In this document: positions 1-12,085 of the stretch, piece by piece
Layout: the number at the start of each line of letters is the position of its first letter
Position numbering within the stretch: position 1 is the stretch's first letter
Assembly: GCF_006345805.1 (NCBI RefSeq)
Contig: NW_021833520.1
Location: forward strand, 1-27,928
Direction: 5' to 3'
DNA from: Octopus sinensis
Lineage: Eukaryota
Length of the DNA stretch: 27,928 nucleotides
The notes under the pieces: generated by a model
Told to the model about the DNA's origin: nothing
The model's input: only the letters and a program-made list of their open reading frames with translations
The model's database searches: none
Program-made: the position numbers and the translations under genes

Positions 1-547
1 ATATATATATATATATATTATATATATATATATATATGAAAAAGAAGAGCGAAAATGTTGCTTTTTTAAAAATTAGGTACGTTTGAATTTCTTTAAATAC
101 ATTAAAAAAATGCTTTTACTTTACATGTTTCGGTTGTTTAAAACTATTATCAAAGATATATACTTAAACGGAGTATGTGGAGAAAAATGTTTTTAGTAAA
201 AATAGTAAAATAAACGTTCATGGTGTAGTTTCCTTTTTCCTGCAAGAGAACCTAGTAATTTCTTTAAATTTTTGTTGTATTACTTGTGGCACTGTCTCTA
301 AAGGTAAATTACTATTGTCTGTGATTGTAAATTAAGTAGTGTGGTCAAGACTGTTTTCAATATGAGAGGCCGAAACAGCTGTGTGTGGGTGTGTAGTTTA
401 TAGGTTAGAGACGGGTGTTCTCTGTATAGAATGCACTTCAAGGTGCTCAAGAGATATGGATTTGAGCGGGTAGAGGAGTAAGTGTAATGACAAGCAAGTC
501 TCTACCCATTTAACTCCTCATATCGTTTGTATTCTGTGTAAAGCGAC

Positions 548-952
548 TTACTCTTTTACTCCTTTACCTGTTTCAGTCATTTGACTGCGGCCATGCTGGA
601 GCACCGCCTTTAGCCGAGCAAATCGATCCCGAGACTTATTCTTTTGTAAGCCCAGTACTTATTCTATCGGTCTCTTTTGCCGAACCGCTAAGTAACGGGG
701 ACATAAACACACCAGCATCGGTTCTCAAGCAATGCTAGGGGGACAAACACAGACACACACACACACTCATATATATATATAAATATATACGACGGGCTTC
801 TTTCAGTTTCCGTCTACCAAATCCACTCACAAGGCTTTGGTCAGCCCGAGGCTATAGTAGAAGACACTTGCCCAAGGTGCCACGCAGTGGGACTGAACCC
901 GGAACCATGTGGTTGGTAAACAAGCTACTTACCACACAGCCACTCCTGCGCC
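548..952 (-). mobile_element. tRNA-derived SINE, family 1 (near full length)
   Basis: The minus strand begins GGCGCAGGAGTGGCTGTGTGGTAAG (A box) and later has GGTTCAGTCCC (B box). It has an internal (GT)n and a 3' tail with a hairpin and (GAGTAA)-like repeats. Many related copies occur in the window. Confidence 0.85.
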
Positions 953-1029
953 TAAATTTTTTGTCATTTCATTTATTCCTCTATGTATGGATGGCTGGAT
1001 GGATGGATACTTGTATATACATAAAGTAT

Positions 1030-1200
1030 CTATCTATCTATCCGCTCAGTCGAAGTCGACTCTCGGTTACTCGTTGGATCAGTGTCCTCCAGTCAGTTCT
1101 ATCCTGGGCCGCTTCTTTCAGATTGGCAATGTCCATTCCGGTATCAGCGGGTTCTTGGTCGGCCTCTTCCTCTCTTGCCACTGACCATTCCGAGCCTGAT
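1030..1200 (-). mobile_element. 3' end of an RTE/BovB-like LINE
   Basis: The minus strand encodes IRLGMVSGKRGRGRPRTR, then (after a short deletion and frameshift) DTGMDIANLKEAAQDRTDWRTLIQRVTESRLRLSG*, followed by a (TAGA)n tail. This is a typical RTE ORF C-terminus. Confidence 0.8.
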
Positions 1201-1800
1201 GTCCTTATATATGCAGGAGTGCTCTATGACTTAAAGTGTGCTTCTCTTTCGGGTTTTGTCTGGTGCTTTTTTGTTTTGGCAAATATAACTCTGATGAGAT
1301 TCATATCCATAAACGTGAATGTTTTGATAATTCATTATTGAGGATGAATCGAAACGAATTGAAGGACAAGTATTTGTCTTTGAATTCTTATTTATTTTAT
1401 CTCGTCCAGAGATTTATTATTGCTTGCAGACAGTTTTTCGAAATCAGTGACGGAAGTTACTGGGAAAAACAATAAGTATTTGCAAACAGGTCTCCTTTCA
1501 TCGAAAACCGGTGATTGCCGTACGTTGACAAGAGGCAAATACCGCGAAACTGCAGTCCGTGCGTATCACTTAGGTTGACGAGAGAGGGATGACATCCCTT
1601 TGCAAATACCATAAGGGCACAGAAAGTGTGCCTAAAGCCAGCTGGAGACGATGATCTCCTGGGGCTAAAAGCTGTAGCACCCACCCTTAGTGGTTAGCCA
1701 TATTGAGATGGCTAGTATACTTTACGTATTTATTTTATATTATATTATAATATTAATAGATTTGTAATATGTCAATCATCTATCTCTTTCTTTTAACCTT

Positions 1801-1851
<51 letters not shown>

Positions 1852-1932
1852 GTGTCTGTGTCTGTGTGTGTGAGTATCTATCTATATATATATCTATATA
1901 CTTTTTTTTTACTACATATATATATATATATA

Positions 1933-2070
1933 TATAATTATATTAAATTAGAGATAAAACCACTATTAGGCAAATCAAACAGTGAAAAACATAAGCCAAT
2001 ACATAAAATGAATTTAAAAATATAAAAGTTAAAAATTTAAAAATTATTTAAATAATTTGAACTTATAAAT
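1933..2070. repeat. AT-rich interspersed repeat, copy 1 (copy 2 at about 17105-17220)
   Basis: Both sites share aattagagataaaaccac(t/c)attagg.aaatcaaaca. Family unclassified. Confidence 0.6.
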
Positions 2071-2509
2071 TTTATATATATATATAAATATATATATGTA
2101 TGTATGTATATTTTTATATTTATATATTATTTTATTTATTAATTTAAAAAAAAAATTTTTTTTTTATCCCACCCCAAATCCAAAAGCGATATATATATAT
2201 AAAGATATTGTCAGTAAATCATAAATCTGAAAGAGAAGCATGTTCTAAGTTATGTGTGTATGTGTGTGTGTGTGGGGGGGGGGGATTAGATAAAGATAGT
2301 TCTGGCCGGTTTATCGGGTTAGCCAAGGTGTCGTTATCCGCAAAGCACTTCGTTTTACAAGCTTTACGTCAGGGTCTCACGCGACGCTGTAAAGCTTTGT
2401 CTTCTGCAGGCACGAAACACTGGGTATTAACCCGTCGACTGACCACATCGGTCTCTCTGTCTGTCTCTCTGTCTATCGATCTATCTATTCATCGTTCGCT
2501 CTATCTCTA

Positions 2510-2907
2510 TATGCGTGTGTATGTATGTATGTACGTATGTATGTATGTATGTATGTGTGTGTGTGTATGTTTGTATGTATGTATGTATGCATGTATGTAT
2601 GTTTGTATGTATGCATGTATGTATGTATGTATGTATGTATGTATGTATGTATGTAGGTGTGTGTATGTATGTGTATGTATGTATGTATGTATGTATGTGT
2701 GTATGTATGTATGTATGTATGTGTGTGTGTGTATGCATGCATGCATGTATATATGTATGTATGTATGTATGTTTGTATGTATGTATGTGTGTGTGTATGT
2801 ATGTATGTATGTGTGTGTATATATGTATGTATGTATGTATGTATGCATGTGTGCATACATGTATGTATGTATGTATGTATGTTTGTATGTATGTATGTAT
2901 GTATGTA
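2510..2907. repeat. (TATG)n imperfect tetranucleotide microsatellite
   Basis: Directly visible. Source of the MYVC/HTYI pseudo-ORFs. Confidence 0.98.
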
Positions 2908-2929
2908 TTATCATTATTATTATTATTAA

Positions 2930-3067
2930 GGCGGCGAGCTGGCAGAATCGTTAGCGCGCCAGGCGAAATGCTTAGCGGCGTTTCGTCAATCGCTACATTC
3001 TGAGTCCAAATTCCGCCAAGATCGACTTTACCTTTCATCATTTCGGGGTTGATTATATGAGTGCCAT
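2930..3067 (+). mobile_element. tRNA-derived SINE, family 2 (head and central domain, 3' truncated)
   Basis: GGCGGCGAGCTGGCAGAATCGTTAG head, B-box-like GAGTCCAAATTCC, then CTTTCATCATTTCGGGGTTGAT. Homologous to 26490-26712 and 27016-27150. Confidence 0.75.
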
Positions 3068-3508
3068 TTACAGTATAAACCTTTTATACCATACGTATGG
3101 TATAAACCTGGTAGCTTTCCAGTAAAGCACGTTCACTTTGAGAGAGACCGAACATGGATCATACGAGAATGTCTATTGATCACTACAACTGTTTCGACCC
3201 ATCTAGTAATAAGTTGTGTAAAACAGAGTCTATTTTATTAGGATGCCTCTTGAAATCCCCTGAGGAGACACATCTACATCGGGGGATACAGATGAACCAG
3301 TTGTTAAGCATTCCATCCACTAGAGATCGAGGCTGGATGGGTAAAAAATATCGTAGTGATCATTTAAGATTCTCGTATCTTCCATCGATTTTCCGTTCTA
3401 TCTATATGTATGTTTAGATATATATATAAAATATAATATATATAAACAAATATATATATATACTATATATATATATTATTATATTATATATAAACAAAAA
3501 ATTTTGGT

Positions 3509-3610
3509 TATAATCACCCCGAATAATTTTATGGGTAATACCATAAAAATTCTGGTGCATCTAAATTAAGTACCATATTCATTTGAATCTAAATTGTTTT
3601 GCTGAACTTA
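3509..3610. repeat. Short unclassified repeat, copy 1 (degenerate copy at about 10617-10705)
   Basis: Both share ttataatca...atgg.taatacc...ttaagtaccatattcat.tgaat. Confidence 0.55.
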
Positions 3611-3702
3611 TATATATATACATTCAAAATGTGACCGCGTGTGTACCGTTGGTGATTTTTTTTTCCTCTGTCTTCCCTTCTCTGGATCTTTCCTTCTCCT
3701 AT

Positions 3703-3737
3703 GTTTCCGACGAAGAGCTCCGCTCGAAACGTTAAAC
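3703..3737 (+). ncRNA. Minimal type I hammerhead-like motif (Penelope-type)
   Basis: Stem I GTTT/AAAC; core CCGACGA (U4 to C); extra A; stem II GAGC-TCC-GCTC; GAAA; palindromic AACGTT stem III; predicted cleavage after 3733. Confidence 0.55.
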
Positions 3738-3884
3738 CCCCCTTCTTTCCTTCTTTCCTGAGCGTCCTATAATACTATATTTGTTCCATGTCCTCGCGTT
3801 GTTGTGTTTTTTTTGTGCTTTCTTGTTTGGATTAACTATATATATATATATATATAGTTTGTGTGTTTGTGCGTGTGTGTCAAC

Positions 3885-4105
3885 CTCATGGTCCCACTGT
3901 GTCTTCAGTAGAAGATACCTTAGGCAAGTATCTTCTACTGTAGCCTCAGAATGACGGAAGCCAAGTGAATGGACTTGGTAGACGGAAACTGAGAAAAAAA
4001 GAAACCCATCATATTTATGCAGATGTGAATGCGCGCGCGCGTGTGTGTGTGTGTGTTTCTGTCAGTGTTTGTCCCCCACCCACAACCTGACAACCGGTGT
4101 TGGTT
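3885..4105 (+). mobile_element. Degenerate SINE family 1 copy next to the exon A acceptor
   Basis: ggcaagtatcttctactgtagcc...ggtagacggaaactga...(GT)n...gtttgtcccc...gacaaccggtgttgg matches the family 1 body. Confidence 0.7.
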
Positions 4106-4140
4106 CTCTTTCATCATTATTTGCACTTTTATTTTTACAG

Positions 4141-4207
4141 GAACTAAAGGACACTGCAGTTTTCATGCGAGAGGCCACCTACCGCGATTTGTACCAAGGA
4201 AAACTTG
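4141..4207 (+). CDS. Calpain exon A (first in window): ELKDTAVFMREATYRDLYQGKL(G)
   Basis: Acceptor tttttacag ends at 4140 and donor GTAAGT starts at 4208. The 67 nt end in phase 1 and join exon B to give QGKLG-DCW, the calpain active-site Cys motif. Confidence 0.9.
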
Positions 4208-4579
4208 GTAAGTGTGAGCATTAGAGGAATGGAAATATTGACAGACAGACGGACAGAAGAACAGACAGGCAGGCTGGGGGAAGGACGGACGGGTGGACGG
4301 GTGGATCGAGAGATAGATGGACAGGAAGACAGAGACAAACAGACATACGAACGGACAAAGAGACGGACAAACAGACTTACAGACAGCTACCTAGCTAGAT
4401 AGATGGACAGAGAGACAGACGGACAGACAGACAGATAAGGTAGAAAAATCATCATAGAGATATTTCCTTAAATGTTTGAAATTCAGGTAAAAACGGCCGT
4501 TAGGTGTATGGTGGCGGGAAATAAGAGTGATCACATTTCTCATTCTCTCTCTCTATTTATCTATCTGTGTTTCTTTATT

Positions 4580-4954
4580 TCTGTCTCTCTCTCTCTCTCT
4601 CTCTCACACTCTCTCTCTCTCTCACACACACTCTCCGTCTTTCTCTCTCTCTCTCACACACACACTCTCTCACACACACACACACACACTCTCTCACACA
4701 CACACACTCTCCGTCTTTCTCTCTCTCTCTCTCTCTCTCTCGCTCACACTCTCCCTTTTTCTCTCTCTCTCTCACACACACACACACTCTCCGTCTTTCT
4801 CTCTCTCACACACATACACTCTCCCTCTTTCTCTCTCTCTCACACACACACACTCCCTCTTTCTCTCTCTATCTCTCTCACACTCACTCACACACATACA
4901 CTCTCTCTCTCACACACACACTCTCTCTCACACACACACTCTCCGTCTTTCTTT

Positions 4955-4986
<32 letters not shown>

Positions 4987-5200
4987 CCCTCTTTCTCTCT
5001 CTCTCTCACACACACACTCTCCCTCTTTCTCTCTTTCTCTCTCACACACATACTCTCCCTCCTTCTCTCTCTCTCACACACACACACTCACACACATACA
5101 CTCTCCCTCTTTCTCTCTCTCTCACACACACACACTCCCTCTTTCTCTCTCTGTCTCTCTCTCACACTCACTCACACACATACACTCTGTCTCTCTCACT
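4580..5200. repeat. Compound (CT)n/(CA)n array with a recurring ctcc(g/c)tcttt spacer
   Basis: Directly visible units of (CT)n(CA)n-CTCC(G/C)TCTTT. Confidence 0.9.
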
Positions 5201-5494
5201 CCTTCCATCTTTCTCCCTGTCTCTTCCTCTTCTACTCCCGCTTCCTTCTTCTTTAACTTGGTCTCAAAATAGTCCAACCTATCATTATCTTAAATAAATA
5301 CATATGTTAATTGCTAAGAGTTAACGAGGATCTGATGAAACCTATGAACATCGAGATACATATGTGTACGTGGTATACAGTCACGGTAACACAAGAACTG
5401 GACAAATAAAACGGTAGATTACACTTGAAACACTGCAACCGTACTCTGCATACGTATATGAACATAACTGCATGCAAACATCCACAGATACAAA

Positions 5495-5872
5495 TACATA
5501 CATACATGCATACATACATGCATACATACGTACGTACATACATACATACATGCATGCATACATACAAACACATACATACATACACACATACATGCATGCA
5601 TACATACATACATACATACATGCATGCATACATACATACATGCATGCATACATACATACATACATACATACGTACGTACATACACACATACACACATACA
5701 TACATACATGCATACATACATACATACATACATACATACATACAAACATACATACATGCATGCATACATACATAAATACATACAAACATACATACATGCA
5801 TGCATACATAAATACATACATACATACATACATACATACATACATACATACATACATACATACATGCATGCA

Positions 5873-5906
<34 letters not shown>

Positions 5907-6632
5907 CATACATACATACATACATACATACATACACACAAACATACATACATACATGCATGCATACAAACATACATACAAACATACATGCATGCATACA
6001 TACATACATACATGCATGCATACATACATACATGCATGCATACATACATGCATACATACATGCATACATATATACATACATACATACATGCATGCATGCA
6101 TGCATACATACATACATACATGCATACATACATGCATACATACATGCATGCATGCATGCATACATACATACATACATGCATGCATGCATGCATACATACA
6201 TACATACATGCATGCATACATACATACATGCATGCATATATACATACAAACATACATACATACATACATCCATACATACATACATACATACATACATACA
6301 TACATGCATACATATATACATACATACATACATGCATGCATGCATGCATACATACATGCATACATACATGCATACATACATACATACATATACATACTAC
6401 ATGCATACATACATACATAACATGCATATGCATACATACATGAGTACATCCTGCATACATACATACATACATACATGCATACACACATACATACATACAT
6501 GCATACATGCATACATACATGCATACATACATGCATACATACATACATGCATACATACATGCATACATACATACATACATACATACATACATACATACAT
6601 ACATACATGCATACATACATGCATACATACAT
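5495..6632. repeat. (CATA)n/(CATG)n microsatellite, about 1.1 kb
   Basis: Directly visible. Confidence 0.98.
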
Positions 6633-7199
6633 ATATCAGCTCCTCAGCAGGTTTTTACGCTGAGCTAAAATACTTACTCTGATGTCTGCTGTTATTCTAT
6701 CCAATTACTCTATACCAAAGTAACTGACCCATCGACAGTGTTTATGCATTAAGTATGATCTACACATATCATACTTAATGTAATGTCCTAAAGTGAAATT
6801 CACCCAACATGATATGTTTATATCCACATTCAATGTTTCCTTTTTCTTCACTAGACTCTGCTTTAATTTTGGATATATTTTTATGTTTTTCACTCGGATG
6901 AAGCTCCATGTTTTAGATTGGTTTTACTGGCAAATATGATAAATATATTTTTAGCATACATTGGAAGCAGAAACAGCTGTCAGATTTGATGCGGTCTTTT
7001 TGTAATGAATTAATAAATAATAATTGTTGTTCATCAATACTATCTCCACTTTCTGTTTTCTTTAAATTTTATATATATATATATTTGTATTTAGGAATGG
7101 TCATTTTGTCAGTTTAGCCAATAAAAACACACATACAATATACTTGGTGTTAGTTCGCTTCAGCGTTATTTTTTTTTACATTAATCTTAATCTTATTTC

Positions 7200-7244
7200 G
7201 GCCAGAGTTCTTTCGTCACACTCCTGTGACTTCATCAGTGGTCC
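7200..7244 (-). ncRNA. Minimal type I hammerhead-like motif (Penelope-type)
   Basis: Minus strand reads GGACCA-CTGATGA-A-GTCACA-GGAG-TGTGAC-GAAA-GAACTC-TGGCC: canonical core, 6-bp stem II, very short stem III, imperfect stem I. Confidence 0.6.
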
Positions 7245-7824
7245 TTTACTTTCTTCTTTCTTATTTGTGTGTCTCTCCTTACTAACGGTCAGCCATTTTG
7301 TATTTTGTATTCCTATTGTAAGTGACTTCATTTGCGCATGCGTATACCTCTATATGTATATATGTTTATTTAGTGTGTGTGTGTGGGGGGGGATTCCTGT
7401 AATATTTGTATCCCCTGTTTACACACGTTCGTGTAATTTGTTTTTGTTTATTTTGTTCATGTGTTTATACCTACTTATTATTTTTTTGTATTTAATTAAA
7501 TTAATTTTTAAAAAAGTTTTGTTAATGTATATAGTTATACATTTACATTGTATATAAGTAACCCGGAATAAAACTTCGTTGCTGGGAAACTCAGAGTTTC
7601 CTGGTGACCCAATGGGTCACAGGTAGTCTAGCGGATTATTATTATCATTATTATCATTACTACTCCTCCTCCTCCTCCTACTACTACTACTACTACTACT
7701 ATATGCATACATATGTCTATCTATAGTACATCAGCACTACCACTACCACTCATACACATACCCCTGCCATCACCACTACCACCATTAAACCCTCTCTCCT
7801 CTCTCCACTACTCTCCACACACAG

Positions 7825-7929
7825 GTGACTGCTGGCTTATCTCCGCTATAAACTGTTTACTTACCAACAACAGGAAGGTGTTTGACAAAATTGTCCCTAG
7901 CAACCAGTCGTTCACTGAAGACTATGCAG
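7825..7929 (+). CDS. Calpain exon B with catalytic Cys: (G)DCWLISAINCLLTNNRKVFDKIVPSNQSFTEDYA(G)
   Basis: acacag acceptor, GTGAGT donor, 105 nt, phase 1 to 1. Catalytic TGC at 7830-7832. Matches the calpain consensus GDCWLLAAIASL...F..VVP..QSF...YAG. Confidence 0.95.
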
Positions 7930-8044
7930 GTGAGTATAGTGGCATGAAAGGTAAATGAGGTCATCAGAGGTCATCTAAGGTCAGTTTCTTTTCTGTTTTT
8001 TAAGTAGTCTGTTCTTCCTCATCTTCCTCATCTGCCTCCTTTCA

Positions 8045-8200
8045 ATCATCATCGTTTTAAGGTTCTGTTTTCCATGCTTGCCTCTGACTGGCAGAATTTG
8101 TTGAGCCAGATTTCCAACAGCCGGACGCCCTTCCTGTCACCAATCCTCACCTGTTGCTTTTTAAGGGGACATTTGCACTGAGGCCAGACATATGTTTGAG
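8045..8200 (-). mobile_element. Degenerate RTE-3'UTR-like repeat
   Basis: catcatcgtttta...ttttccatgct and ggacgcccttcctgtcaccaa are antisense matches to the tail at 25480-25620. Confidence 0.5.
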
Positions 8201-8291
8201 GAAGACTGCAAATGAAGGATTGGCTTTTATAAGAATCAAGATTGCTTACAAATGTCACATGATGTCAAGAGAAGGTGACACAACATACAGA

Positions 8292-8379
<88 letters not shown>

Positions 8380-8891
8380 ATATATATACGGGTGGCAAGG
8401 TTGCACATGGGTAGAAATATACGGGTGGCAAGGTCGCACATGTTCTCCTGCACTCTCTCACCGAAGTTTGGTCGGTAGAGTCAAAACAACAGCACTTTAT
8501 TTTTTTAAAGCCTGTTACACTTTCTACCGGTCTCTTTTGCCAAACCGTTAAGATACGGGGATGTAAACACACAAACACCGTTTGTCATGCAGTGGTAAGA
8601 GGAACATCATTGTATTCCACAAATTTTAAAATTCTAACACAGCGTTCCTATTTCGTTATGTCCAGAATACTTTTATTTCACTTAATCATTCAGCTTAAAT
8701 TCTCCCCCATTTTGAAAGATTTCTCCATTTGGAATTAATGCAGGGACGTAATTTATTTATTCATTATGAAATACAATAATGTAAGTTGCTTCCATGATTT
8801 TTGAATTGAGAAACAAATTTGTCGAGATATTTGGATTTTTTGTCGTTAATAAAGATTCAGTTCTCTGCCATTTATGACTCTGCACATATAT

Positions 8892-9034
8892 AAGACGGGC
8901 TTCTTTCAGTTTCCATCTACAAAATTCCCTCACTATAAGACTATAGAAGAAGACACTTGCCCAAAGTACCACGCAGTGGGATTGAACCTGAAACCATGTG
9001 GTTGGGAAGCAAGCTTCTTACCACACAGCCATGC
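8892..9034 (-). mobile_element. SINE family 1, 5' part
   Basis: gacgggcttctttcagtttcc...gacacttgccc...cttaccacacagcc. Confidence 0.8.
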
Positions 9035-9317
9035 TTGAGCGTATGTGTGTGTGTGTGAAAGAGAGAGGGAGAGAGAGTGTGTGTGTGTGGTGTGTGTGTG
9101 TGTGTGTGTGTGTCCAAACACTCCACATTGCCAGAACAAGAACCGATCGTGTTTGCTGGATCGACATTGGCCAAACGTTTAAAGACAAGAGGTAGAGTCA
9201 CATTAAGAACGTAGCCTAGATATGCCATGACATAATACAAATCTCTCGATAATTCTCAGATTCCCTTTCGATGCTTCTTGCCAATTTTGTGCCGTTATCC
9301 ATTCTGGTCAATTGCAG

Positions 9318-9477
9318 GAATTTTCCGTTTCAATTTTTGGTGGTATGGAGAATGGAAAGAAGTGGTCGTCGATGACCGGCTTCCAGTTGACACAAACACT
9401 CAGCAATTACTTTATGCTCACAATAATTCAGAACCCGACGAATTCTGGGTGTGTCTCTTGGAGAAGGCCTACGCCAA
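9318..9477 (+). CDS. Calpain exon C: (G)[52 protein letters not shown](K)
   Basis: ttgcag acceptor, GTAATA donor, 160 nt, phase 1 to 2. Contains the calpain motifs [17 protein letters not shown] and [11 protein letters not shown]. Confidence 0.97.
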
Positions 9478-9484
9478 GTAATAC

Positions 9485-9545
<61 letters not shown>

Positions 9546-9795
9546 ACTCTTACCAACATTTTCTTTCTCTTTCTCTCACTCAATTTATATGTTTGTCTTT
9601 GCGACTCTTTTTATATATCTTCATTTTTCTTACGTATGTATGCATATATTTATGTGTATATATGTATATATATATATGTGTGTGTGTGTATGCGTGTGCG
9701 TGCGTGTGTGTGTGTGTGTGCATATGTATATACTCTTTAACTAGTAACAACACGAAAGCTGAGGTCATGCCAGGGCACCACTGTTAAATATATAT

Positions 9796-9860
<65 letters not shown>

Positions 9861-9872
<12 letters not shown>

Positions 9873-10110
9873 AATGAGGTAATCAGATCGGATGGTTCAT
9901 ATTTATAGATATTTATTTATATATTACATTTTTTCTCCCAATCCAGTGGGGTTTTCAATTGAAAACCCCACTGGATTGGGAGAAAGCGCTAATAATCCGA
10001 ATGATATGATCTGAATGATATGATAGATATATATGTAAAAAATGTAATATATAAATAAATATCTATAAATATGAACCATCCAATCTGATTACCTCATTTT
10101 CTCTAATATA
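9861..10110. repeat. Foldback element: about 74-bp inverted arms enclosing a perfect 54-bp palindrome
   Basis: Arms 9861-9934 and 10037-10110 are near-perfect reverse complements. Palindrome at 9932-9985. Flanked by (TA)n. Confidence 0.92.
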
Positions 10111-10137
10111 TAATACCTGTACATCATCTCCAAACCT

Positions 10138-10616
<479 letters not shown>

Positions 10617-10805
10617 TATAATCATCTTATTTTAAATTATATGGATAATACCCTACTAAATTTTGCTGCCTTCAACTTAAGTACCATATTCATCTGAATT
10701 TATATATATATATATATACACATCATCATCTTCATTCCACTTTCCATACTGACATGAGTTGATATATATATTTAAATGCATATATGTATATCTTTGTTGG
10801 TGAAG

Positions 10806-10974
10806 GCTTGTTGGCTGCTATGAGAATTTGACTGGTGCTTCCACTAGCTTTGGCACGGTGCAAATGACTGGAGGAGTTTCTGAATACATACTTTTCGAAA
10901 ACGACGATCCTGCGGAAATATTCGAGCTGTTATCAAGGATGCAAGACATGAACTCGATGTTTTCGTGTGCCATT
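10806..10974 (+). CDS. Calpain exon D: (K)LVGCYENLTGASTSFGTVQMTGGVSEYILFENDDPAEIFELLSRMQDMNSMFSCAI
   Basis: tgaag acceptor, GTAAGT donor, 169 nt, phase 2 to 0. Aligns to calpain G.YE.L.GG....A..D.TGG.E. Confidence 0.92.
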
Positions 10975-11026
10975 GTAAGTATTCGTCTCTGTCGGTTTTT
11001 GTTTGTGTGTGTACACATAGATTCAT

Positions 11027-11349
11027 ATATCGCCGTGATCACCGTCACCGTGACCGATCAGCCTATCAGATGTTGCTACACATCGCTGGTCACAATGCGC
11101 TTCGTATTGTTTTAGCCTTCAAATGACGCCACCCCCACTGGCTAAGCGAGCAGACCAACAGAAGAAAGAGTGAGAGAAAGTTGTGGCGAAAGTGTACAGC
11201 AGGGATCGCCACCACCCCCTGCTGGAGCCTCGTGGAGCTTTTAGGTGTTTTCGCTCAATAAACACTCACAACGCTCGGTCTGGGAATCGAAACCACGACC
11301 CTACGACCGCGAGTCTGCTGCCCTAACCACTGGGCCATTGTGCCTCCAC
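11027..11349 (-). mobile_element. tRNA-derived SINE, family 3 (tRNA-Arg-like head)
   Basis: Minus strand reads GTGGAGGCACAATGGCCCAGTGGTTAGGGCAGCAGACTCGCGGTC...GGTTTCGATTCCC (A and B boxes, TCG loop). Second copy at 27593-27847. Confidence 0.85.
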
Positions 11350-11373
11350 AGATTCATATATATACACATGTAT

Positions 11374-11565
11374 ATAATTTACAAAATGAGGGCAGAAGAA
11401 AAATTCTAATGCTAAATATGCCGAAAAAAAGACAAAAATTGTCAATAACCATTATAATTTATGCGTCTCGAAAATTATAAATTATAATGGTTATTGACAA
11501 TTTTTGTCTTTTTTTCAGCATATTTGGCATCAGAATTTTTCTTCTGCCCTCATTTTGTAAATTAT
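11374..11565. repeat. Foldback element, 89-bp arms with a 14-nt loop
   Basis: 11374-11462 is a near-perfect reverse complement of 11477-11565. Confidence 0.92.
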
Positions 11566-11660
11566 TTATGAATTTAACCTTTAGAGGTATTTTTTTGATA
11601 TGCTGGCCATTGATAAAAATTTTTCCCGAAAAAAATTTTTATCCTACATTAGTTATACAC

Positions 11661-11691
<31 letters not shown>

Positions 11692-12085
11692 ACTCCAAGA
11701 AAGTTAGGGGTTGTGAATCCAACCAAGGGATAATATCCATCCAATATACTGTTGGTAGAATACCCAATTATTAAAACACAAGTGTTTTTTTATTGCATTG
11801 CAATTAACTCATTTATTGTATTAGATGGGTGAAGGTAAAGAGATATCTTACCATTAATTTATATTGCAGCTAATTAGAAAATATCTGTACGTAATGAAAG
11901 CATTAACTATACTGAGAAGTAATGTTTATCGCCCCTCCAACATAGCTGTTCCATAACAACCAATGTCACTACCATTTTAACACCAGAGGGATGCCTCATC
12001 CAGATGCAGACTGCACCCTGATATATATTGCAAGCAGGGGAGATAACCTCTACCATCTTTCAGCAATGATGGTGTATATATATAT

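Noticed and set aside
119-160. Hammerhead-like remnant on the minus strand (TTGATAA...GAAACATGTA)
   Set aside because: C3 and G8 are substituted and stem II is poor. At most a decayed Penelope end.
868-1341. 157-aa + strand ORF
   Set aside because: It is a chance read-through of an antisense SINE head, a microsatellite and an antisense RTE end.
1-4140. Upstream calpain exon(s) with the F.D..FP and W.RP motifs
   Set aside because: I found no frame with these motifs and suitable splice sites. They are presumably 5' of the window.
2208-6682. Long ORFs of 120-440 aa (MYVC, HTYI, SLSHTH repeats)
   Set aside because: They are stop-free translations of (TATG)n, (CATA)n and (CT/CA)n microsatellites, open in several frames on both strands, with no splice or homology support.
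6890-6990. Hammerhead-like halves CGGATGA...GAAACAGCTGTC (similar 3' half at about 370-382)
   Set aside because: Core and stem I are degenerate and an extra base precedes GAAA. Too weak to call.
11270-11349. tRNA gene calls for SINE heads (also 880-952, 23846-23920, 27780-27847)
   Set aside because: They have A/B boxes but no complete cloverleaf, and they continue into SINE bodies.
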